Shown here: one piece after another, positions 1-6,322 of the stretch
Numbering within the stretch: the stretch's first letter is position 1
Layout: every line of letters begins with the position of its first letter
Source: Saprospiraceae bacterium
Lineage (GTDB): Bacteria > Bacteroidota > Bacteroidia > Chitinophagales > Saprospiraceae
Assembly: GCA_033761835.1 (NCBI GenBank)
Contig: JANRME010000304.1
Coordinates: forward strand, 5,686-69,685
DNA length: 64,000 nt
Direction: 5' to 3'
Program-made: the position numbers and the translations under genes
Notes under the pieces: generated by a model
The model's database searches: none
The model's input: the letters and a program-made list of their open reading frames with translations, nothing else
Told to the model about the DNA's origin: nothing

Positions 1-1076
1 AACAAGAAAGCGAAATCACAGGAGCAGTGAGCAACCGTTTGATTCCGACCGATTTGGGCATTACTGTAAGTGACTTTTTGGATGAGCATTTTGAAAAAGT
101 AATGAATTATCAATTTACTGCCGACATTGAAAAGCAATTCGACGATATTTCCAACGGTAAGCGCCAATGGACTGCGATTCTGAAAGATTTTTACACACCT
201 TTCCACGAAACGGTTGAAAATACATTGGAAAATGCGGATCGCCCTTCGCGGGAGCGCATTTTGGGCAAAGACCCTTCGTCTGGACATACTGTACTTACAC
301 GGATGTCGCGCAATGGGCCGGTAATTCAAATTGGCACACCGGAGGAATTAAATGGAGAAGAAAAGCCACGTTATGCAAATTTGCAACCAGGGCAATCCAT
401 CGAAACCATCACTTTTGAAGAAGCGATGAAGCTCTTCCAGTTGCCAAGAGAATTTGAAAAATATAAAGGGCAGGAAATGTCAATAGGTCTCGGTCGTTTT
501 GGTCCTTATGTGAAATTTGGCGAGAAGTTTATTTCCATTCCTCGTGGCGAAGATCCGTTGAGCATTAGTCGGGAGCGAGCCATTGAATTGGTGGAGCAAA
601 AACTCAAGGAAGACGCGCCTGTTGGCACGTATAAGGGCGAACCGATCATCAAGGGCAAAGGACGGTTCGGGCCTTTTATTAAATGGCAGGATTATTTTGT
701 GAATGTGCCGAAAAGATACGATTTTGACAATTTGAAGCTGGAAGATATGCACGCACTTATCGAGGCTAAAGTGAAAAAAGAAGCTAATCGCTATGTGAAG
801 CGCTGGGAAGAGGAAGGTATTGATATCGAAAATGGACGTTGGGGACCTTTCATTCGTTTTGGTAAAGAAATGATTAGCTTTCCGAAAAAGGATGGACAAA
901 AAGTGGATGCCGATATTGCAAAAGCAATGACTTTGGAAGAAGTGAAAGCGGTCATCGTTGAGAAAATTCCGGATGCTTTTGAGAAAAAGAAAAAAGCAGC
1001 AAAGAAGACAGGCACAAGCGCAAAAAAATCCACTGCGAAAAAAACAGCGAGTAAAAAAACGGCGAGCAAGAAATAA
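1..1076 (+). CDS. topA: DNA topoisomerase I, C-terminal part (5' end lies outside the window)
   Basis: The reading frame is open to the window edge (...QESEITGAVSNRLIPTDLG precedes the first listed M). It carries repeated GRFGPY / GRFGPF / GRWGPF topo-IA C-terminal repeat motifs and a Lys/Ala-rich tail, KKKKAAKKTGTSAKKSTAKKTASKKTASKK. Confidence 0.85.
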   Translation, partial: QESEITGAVSNRLIPTDLGITVSDFLDEHFEKVMNYQFTADIEKQFDDISNGKRQWTAILKDFYTPFHETVENTLENADRPSRERILGKDPSSGHTVLTRMSRNGPVIQIGTPEELNGEEKPRYANLQPGQSIETITFEEAMKLFQLPREFEKYKGQEMSIGLGRFGPYVKFGEKFISIPRGEDPLSISRERAIELVEQKLKEDAPVGTYKGEPIIKGKGRFGPFIKWQDYFVNVPKRYDFDNLKLEDMHALIEAKVKKEANRYVKRWEEEGIDIENGRWGPFIRFGKEMISFPKKDGQKVDADIAKAMTLEEVKAVIVEKIPDAFEKKKKAAKKTGTSAKKSTAKKTASKKTASKK

Positions 1077-1106
1077 CAAATTTCATAATTTCCAATTTAC
1101 AAAATC

Positions 1107-1424
1107 ATGGAAGACAGCAAAAAAGGGCAGAATCAACTCAATATAGAATTATCGGAAGAAATTGCGGAGGGCGTGTATTCCAATTTAGCGATTATTTCGC
1201 ATTCTCCATCAGAGTTTGTGCTGGATTTTATTCGCATCATGCCGAATGTACCCAAAGCAAAGGTGAAGGCTCGGATTATCTTGACGCCACAGCACGCCAA
1301 GCGTTTGCTGAATGCTTTGAATGATAATATCAAAAAATACGAATCGCAGTTCGGATTAATCGATGAGCCAGAGCAGCCGCCATTTCCACCGATGAGTTTT
1401 AATACGCCCAAGGCGCAGGCCTAA
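1107..1424 (+). CDS. Small conserved protein, DUF3467-like
   Basis: 105-aa ORF. The block YSNLAIISHSPSEFVLDFIRIMPNVPKAKVKARIILTPQHAKRLLNAL matches my recollection of the DUF3467 family. No search was run. Confidence 0.6.
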   Translation: MEDSKKGQNQLNIELSEEIAEGVYSNLAIISHSPSEFVLDFIRIMPNVPKAKVKARIILTPQHAKRLLNALNDNIKKYESQFGLIDEPEQPPFPPMSFNTPKAQA

Positions 1425-1431
1425 CTTTGTT

Positions 1432-1471
1432 ATTGGTTACCGGGGAGGTTGAGCAATCCCAGATAACCAAT
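1432..1471. terminator. Imperfect hairpin between convergent genes (candidate bidirectional terminator)
   Basis: Arms attggtta (1432-1439) and taaccaat (1464-1471), plus inner ggg/ccc pairs. There is no clean T-run. Confidence 0.35.
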
Positions 1472-1477
1472 GATCCA

Positions 1478-2128
1478 CTATTTCCTACCATCTAAAGCCT
1501 TGCCGCTCAATTGCGCTTTTTTCAGCAGCCCGGCTATGGTCGCTCTGGAATTGCCTTGATAGGTATTCTTGATTATTTTTACCAAACCGATGCTTTTGGC
1601 GTACCATTCAATGATTTCAATAACAAGAACTGATTTATTTTTTTCAGTAAAAACCAATTTGGTTTCTATTTTCAAACAATCGGTAAAGTTGCGCAAGGGC
1701 GTTTGCGCGGTTTCAAATCCTTGTGCATTTACTTCCAAAGTAAGCGTTCCTGCCGTTTCGCCAGTCTTGTAAGGGGTTTTGCTATTATAAATTTTATATT
1801 TTTCAAAAGTAGTTGGATATAATAAAAGCGGATTTGTAAAAACATATTCCTGGTTGGCAAAGCCAAAAGCTTTAAGCTTCAAACCCTCTTGGTTCTTGCT
1901 TTCCAAACGTCTTTGTCCATCGCTTTCGACACGCCACAATTCTTGAGAAGCACTGTCCACCTGAAAATACAAATGATGTAAAGGAAGCTCGGGGCGGGCG
2001 ATATTTTCAAAAATCAGGGAATCGCTTGCTTGGTTGGTCAGATAATCGGCAATAAGAATACCACTCTGTGCAGTCGTTAAACGCCACAATAGCATGAAAA
2101 TCAGGCCCAAACCAAGCTTTTTTATCAT
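1478..2128 (-). CDS. Secreted hypothetical protein
   Basis: 216-aa ORF with an N-terminal signal peptide (MIKKLGLGLIFMLLWRLTTAQS). Its start overlaps the stop of the upstream FKBP gene by 4 nt (2125-2128), which suggests an operon. Confidence 0.6.
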   Translation of the reverse strand: MIKKLGLGLIFMLLWRLTTAQSGILIADYLTNQASDSLIFENIARPELPLHHLYFQVDSASQELWRVESDGQRRLESKNQEGLKLKAFGFANQEYVFTNPLLLYPTTFEKYKIYNSKTPYKTGETAGTLTLEVNAQGFETAQTPLRNFTDCLKIETKLVFTEKNKSVLVIEIIEWYAKSIGLVKIIKNTYQGNSRATIAGLLKKAQLSGKALDGRK

Positions 2129-2583
2129 AAATAATCTACCAATTCGATTTCAAAAATAAGCACAGAGTTAGCAGGTACACTGCTTGTTCCTGTTGCGCCA
2201 TAGCCCAAGCTTGAAGGTATAAAAAATGTGCCTTTTCCGCCTCTCTTGAGTTTTGGAATGCCGATTTGCCAACCGGCTATGAGTGTGGTCAATTGAAATG
2301 GACGCGCTTGATTACCAGGCGTTTGATCAAAAACGGTGCCGTCCAATAGATAACCTTTGTATTTTACAATCACATTGGAAGTGGGAGAAGGAAAGCCGCC
2401 AACGCCGGGTTCGGTGATGATATAATATATACCCGAAGAATCTGCTGTGGCGTTAAGGTTATTATCTCTTAGGTATTGTTCGATTTTTTGCTTATCAATT
2501 GGGTCTTGATCGGGTTCGTTTTTCTCTTTGTCACAAGCGAAAATCGTGATTCCCAATAAAGCTAAGAATATCCATTTTTTCAT
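2125..2583 (-). CDS. FKBP-type peptidyl-prolyl cis-trans isomerase, lipoprotein
   Basis: FKBP_C signature (VKYKGYLLDGTVFDQT ... GWQIGIPKLKRGGKGTFFIPSSLGYG ... VLIFEIELVD). The start is placed at the internal ATG (CAT at 2581-2583), giving MKKWIFLALLGITIFAC, a signal peptide with a lipobox. Confidence 0.85.
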   Translation of the reverse strand: MKKWIFLALLGITIFACDKEKNEPDQDPIDKQKIEQYLRDNNLNATADSSGIYYIITEPGVGGFPSPTSNVIVKYKGYLLDGTVFDQTPGNQARPFQLTTLIAGWQIGIPKLKRGGKGTFFIPSSLGYGATGTSSVPANSVLIFEIELVDYL

Positions 2584-2704
2584 GTTCGGTCTTTTTTGCG
2601 AAACGCAAAGGTAAGCAATAGCGCTGTTTTGGAATAGCAGAAATATACTTTTATGCTGGTTTGTCAAATGGCAGTCAGGAAGGGTAAATGTAATAACTAT
2701 AATA

Positions 2705-2741
2705 AAATAATCGGATAAGTTTTTTGAACCTATCCGATTAT
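2705..2741 (-). terminator. Hairpin downstream of paralog P1
   Basis: 12-bp arms aataatcggata (2705-2716) and tatccgattatt (2730-2741) with a 13-nt loop. The flank is AT-rich with no strong T-run. Confidence 0.35.
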
Positions 2742-2769
2742 TATAATCTTTAGGAATATTATAATAAAA

Positions 2770-3234
2770 TTATGGCAATGTATTAATATCTACTACTCTA
2801 TGATAAGTAGCAAGCCCATATCCTTTATAAACATTCTTTATTTCGATGGGGGCAGGTAGCTTTGGATCAAGAGGATAAGTGGTCAAACTTAATTGTTCAT
2901 CCCCATCAAAATATATGGCTTGAGTTCTCCAAATAAATTTTTCGTAATTATACCTGTAATAAACTTTTCCTCGACCTAAAATTTTTTCTTGATCGAGTAA
3001 AGGCGTTTCGCTTTGTAATACAAAAGATTTTCCTTTACCACTATTATCGGTTTCTAATAGTAGAACAACACCTTCTTTATAAGGCACGAGTCGAGCAAAG
3101 CCTTCAAATACTGTGTATTCGTCATTCTTATCAAATTTAGAAAAATCAAAACGTTCTGTAAGATTTAATTTTTCTTCTGTTTTGCAGGAAAGTAGTCCTG
3201 CCAGTAATAGTAAAGATAATACATAATTTTTCAT
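2770..3234 (-). CDS. Paralog P1 of the lipoprotein family; N-terminal module only, no Cys-rich tail
   Basis: 154 aa. Signal peptide plus lipobox (LLLLAGLLSC). It shares blocks with the next three genes (EYTVFEGFARLVP, FVLQSETPLL..EKILGRGKVYYR, YFDGDEQLSL, GYGLA..VVDIN) and ends at ...VVDINTLP, exactly where the Cys-rich tail begins in the others. Confidence 0.75.
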   Translation of the reverse strand: MKNYVLSLLLLAGLLSCKTEEKLNLTERFDFSKFDKNDEYTVFEGFARLVPYKEGVVLLLETDNSGKGKSFVLQSETPLLDQEKILGRGKVYYRYNYEKFIWRTQAIYFDGDEQLSLTTYPLDPKLPAPIEIKNVYKGYGLATYHRVVDINTLP

Positions 3235-3252
3235 ATCTGTCCAATTTAAAGA

Positions 3253-3855
3253 TTAAGTATTAATACATTCAATACAACAAGCAAAATAACCACTTGAGCA
3301 ATTTACTAAACAATTACAGTTTGGATCTGGGTTACCATTTATTGTACACCAAGGATGCCCCGGACCTCCCTCATCGCAATCACCTCCGCTTTCACTATTT
3401 TCTTTACATTTACAACTTGCATCCCCAGGCTCTTCTAAATAATTTATATCAACCAATTGATTAAATTGAACGAGCCCAAATCCTGTATAGGAGTTTTTTA
3501 GTTTTATGGGAAGAGTAATATCAGAGAGAAATAAACTAAGTTGTTCATTTCCATCAAAATATAATAAATCACCTCTATAATAAATTTTACCTTGACCTAA
3601 TGTTTTCTCTTCTTTAAGAAGAGGCATTGTAGATTGCAGTAAAAAAGTTTTACTTTCTTGCTTATTATTATTTTCAACGAATAAAACAATACCCAATTTA
3701 CTTGGAACTAATTTTGCGAATCCCTGCAAGATAAAATATTCAGACTTAGAATTTAAGTCTGAAAGATCAACCTTTTCGGTAAAGTTTAAGTCTTCTTTTA
3801 GGTTGCAACTAAGCAAGGTTATAAGCCACAATAAAAAATATGATGATTTTTTCAT
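3253..3855 (-). CDS. Paralog P2: lipoprotein with 10-Cys C-terminal tail
   Basis: The start is placed at the internal ATG (CAT at 3853-3855), giving MKKSSYFLLWLITLLSC, a signal peptide with a lipobox. The N-terminal module is homologous to P1/P3/P4. Tail: PGDASCKCKENSESGGDCDEGGPGHPWCTINGNPDPNCNCLVNCSSGYFACCIECINT. Confidence 0.8.
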   Translation of the reverse strand: MKKSSYFLLWLITLLSCNLKEDLNFTEKVDLSDLNSKSEYFILQGFAKLVPSKLGIVLFVENNNKQESKTFLLQSTMPLLKEEKTLGQGKIYYRGDLLYFDGNEQLSLFLSDITLPIKLKNSYTGFGLVQFNQLVDINYLEEPGDASCKCKENSESGGDCDEGGPGHPWCTINGNPDPNCNCLVNCSSGYFACCIECINT

Positions 3856-3896
3856 AATCTTATTTAATAATTTATTTATAAAATGCTTTATTTTTA

Positions 3897-4502
3897 TTAA
3901 TTGCAGTGTATACAACATGCAAAGTAGCCAGAACTACAAGTAACAGAACAATTACATTCATCTGGTGGTGAACCACCACCAACACTACAATCTTGTGCCC
4001 CTGGTCCTCCAGCGTCACAATCACTACCAGAGGAAGCATTTTCACGACATCGACAACTCGCATCACCTGGGTTCTCAAAATAATTTACGTCAATTAATTG
4101 ATTATATCTGGCAAGTCCGAATCCCGAATATGCCTGTTTTAACTTGATAGGTAAGTTAACGTCAGAGAGATATAAACTAAATTGTTCTACACCATCAAAA
4201 TAAAGTAAATTTTCTTGATAGTAAATTTTACCTTGTCCTAAAACTCTTTCTTTATTAAGAAGAGAAACCTTAGTTTGCAACAAAAATGTTTTATTTTCTT
4301 GTTCAGTATTCCCTTCAATAAACAAAATAAGACCCATTTTACTTGGCATCAATCGAACTGAGCCTTGAAAAACCGTATATTCTGGTTTAGAATTTAATTC
4401 AGAAAGATCAATTTGCTTAGTAAATTTTAGATCTTCATTAAGGTTACAGCTTATGCTTATAAGCAAAGTGACCAATACATAAGTATATAATAAAATTTTC
4501 AT
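3897..4502 (-). CDS. Paralog P3: lipoprotein with 10-Cys C-terminal tail
   Basis: 201 aa. Lipobox at LLISISC. Tail: PGDASCRCRENASSGSDCDAGGPGAQDCSVGGGSPPDECNCSVTCSSGYFACCIHCN. Confidence 0.8.
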   Translation of the reverse strand: MKILLYTYVLVTLLISISCNLNEDLKFTKQIDLSELNSKPEYTVFQGSVRLMPSKMGLILFIEGNTEQENKTFLLQTKVSLLNKERVLGQGKIYYQENLLYFDGVEQFSLYLSDVNLPIKLKQAYSGFGLARYNQLIDVNYFENPGDASCRCRENASSGSDCDAGGPGAQDCSVGGGSPPDECNCSVTCSSGYFACCIHCN

Positions 4503-4553
4503 GATGTCAAAGTTTACAATTTAAAATCTCTATAAATGGATTCATTTAAATAA

Positions 4554-4561
4554 CAAAACTA
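4554..4561 (-). promoter_or_regulatory. Candidate Bacteroidota -7 promoter element for P3
   Basis: The plus strand reads caaaacta, which is TAGTTTTG on the minus strand and fits TAnnTTTG. It lies about 50 nt upstream of the P3 ATG at 4502. Confidence 0.3.
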
Positions 4562-4776
4562 AAAATTCCTAGTCTAATGCTTAAGTATTGGATAATCGAT
4601 TAATATGATAATAAAATCATAGATCGAAATAATCCCTGAGAGAATTGAATCTAAAAAACATCACACAAGGGCATTACATAGGTTTCACGGATCCCGCTGA
4701 TTATTGAAAAACCTATCTGCTAAATCTGCGCGATGCAAAGCAAAATTTGTATGAAAGAAAGTTCGATTTAATTTAC

Positions 4777-5373
4777 TTATGGCTTACAATGTTTACAACA
4801 AGCAAATGTGCCACTTGTACAATTATTAATAAAACATGAGCATTCTATACCAGTTCCAACGGAGCAGCCGGATGATCCTGGTCCTCCAGCATCACAATCA
4901 CTTCCACTTTCGCTATTATCAATACACTCACAAGTTGCATCTTCTGGATGAAGATTCTTGAAATCAATAAATTTATTAAATGCAGCAAGCCCAAATCCTG
5001 TATAAGAATTTTTTAGCTTTATGGGAGGAGTAACATCAGAGAGATATAAATTAAATTGTTCATTGCCATCAAAATATAATAAATCACCTCTGAAATAAGC
5101 TTTCCCTTTTCCTAATATCTTTTCCTTATAAAGGGATGAAGATTTAGTCTGTAGTCTAAATGTCTTATCTCCTTGGTCATTTTTACCTTCAAGGTATAAC
5201 ACTATTGCTTTCTGAGTAGGAACTAGTCTAGCAAAGCCTTCGTAAACTTGGTATTCATCATTTGAATTCAATTTGGAAAAATCAACTCGAGTAATACTGG
5301 ATAAATCTTTTTCAAGATTATAGGAAGTAACTCCTGCTATTAATAGCAGAATCATGGAAAGATTGGTAAACAT
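4777..5373 (-). CDS. Paralog P4: secreted protein with 10-Cys tail; lipobox Cys replaced by Tyr
   Basis: 198 aa. The hydrophobic N-terminus MILLLIAGVTSY has TAT (5320-5322) where the paralogs have the lipobox Cys. Tail: PEDATCECIDNSESGSDCDAGGPGSSGCSVGTGIECSCFINNCTSGTFACCKHCKP. Confidence 0.8.
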   Translation of the reverse strand: MFTNLSMILLLIAGVTSYNLEKDLSSITRVDFSKLNSNDEYQVYEGFARLVPTQKAIVLYLEGKNDQGDKTFRLQTKSSSLYKEKILGKGKAYFRGDLLYFDGNEQFNLYLSDVTPPIKLKNSYTGFGLAAFNKFIDFKNLHPEDATCECIDNSESGSDCDAGGPGSSGCSVGTGIECSCFINNCTSGTFACCKHCKP

Positions 5374-5677
5374 AACTATGATGTTTTAAGGGTTAAAGGA
5401 ATTATTACAAAGCTATAGCCTTTTTTTACAAAAAACAAGTAATAGAATGTTAAAATTGAATATTATTTAAACTTTTATAATAGATCTAAGTCAAAACCAT
5501 AGTTTTCAATTGACAATCATCAATTGATGCATGGCGTCTGTTAAAACGGAGGGTGGAGCTTTGGGCGAAGCCCTCTTTGTTTTTACACTTTTCGGCAATT
5601 CCTTTTTTCAAGTTCCGGCAAAAGTTGCTTATTTGCGTTAAATTTGAAGCCATTTTGAATATCAAAAAATTTCAACC

Positions 5678-6304
5678 ATGAAAGATATGTGCGTTTTTTT
5701 GGATCCCGGGCACGGTGCATTGGATAAAAATGGGAATTACGTAACCGCCCCAGCCAAGCAATTTCAACATACTCAAGGTACTTTTCACAATGGACGCTGG
5801 TTTTATGAGGGTGTTTTCAATCGCGTAATGACCAATCGCGTCGCTATGAAATTACAAAGGCTCAATATTCCTTATCTCATCGTCGCCCACGAATATCTGG
5901 ATACACCGCTGGAGTATCGAGTGAATATGGCGAATTGGTATCACCGCAATTTCAAGCCAGGTATTTATATTTCTTTTCATGCGAATGCTGCCAATGGGCA
6001 AGCGCGGGGCTATGAAGTTTATACTTCACCCGGTAAAACCGATTCCGATTCCGTAGCGGAGTTACATTGGAATAATGTAAAAGACTTATTGAGTAGCAAA
6101 ATTTCAATGCGCCCAGACACCGCTGACGGCGATGTCGATAAGGAAGCGAATTTTTATGTATTGCGCAATACCGCGATGCCCGCTATTTTGATTGAGCATT
6201 TGTTTTTTGACAATTTTGAAGACGCAAAGCTGCTGCTGGATGACGAGGTTGTAGATTTATTCGCAGAAGCAACAACGAGAACGATCGTTCAGTGGTTTAA
6301 ATAG
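5678..6304 (+). CDS. N-acetylmuramoyl-L-alanine amidase (Amidase_3-like), no signal peptide
   Basis: Motifs FLDPGHG, ISFHANAANG and ILIEHLFFDN match the Amidase_3 Zn-ligand blocks. The N-terminus MKDMCVFLDPGHG has no leader. Confidence 0.75.
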   Translation: MKDMCVFLDPGHGALDKNGNYVTAPAKQFQHTQGTFHNGRWFYEGVFNRVMTNRVAMKLQRLNIPYLIVAHEYLDTPLEYRVNMANWYHRNFKPGIYISFHANAANGQARGYEVYTSPGKTDSDSVAELHWNNVKDLLSSKISMRPDTADGDVDKEANFYVLRNTAMPAILIEHLFFDNFEDAKLLLDDEVVDLFAEATTRTIVQWFK

Positions 6305-6322
6305 GAATCAATCATTCCCGAA

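Noticed and set aside
480-1146. Several ORFs (480-1079 -, 791-1069 -, 958-1146 +) overlapping the topA 3' end
   Set aside because: They are antisense or out-of-frame readings of the Lys/Ala-rich repetitive tail and the topA coding region. Their products are low-complexity F/K/R-rich, so these are artefacts.
3872-4147. ORFs 3872-4078 (-) and 3965-4147 (+) within paralog P3
   Set aside because: They are alternative frames of the Cys-rich tail coding region, with V/H/Q-rich nonsense composition. The P3 frame is supported by paralog conservation.
3253-5373. Idea that the Cys-rich tails are RiPP core peptides with long leaders (NHLP/Nif11-like)
   Set aside because: The proteins carry Sec/lipoprotein signal peptides, so they are exported before cytoplasmic modification could occur. 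There is no cyclodehydratase, radical-SAM enzyme, lanthipeptide synthetase or peptidase-ABC exporter within at least 5 kb. I keep this only as a low-probability alternative.
5545-5590. Terminator-like element (gaggg...ccctc followed by tttgttttt) upstream of the amidase gene
   Set aside because: It has only a 5-bp stem with a 17-nt loop and no upstream plus-strand gene. That is too weak to call without data.
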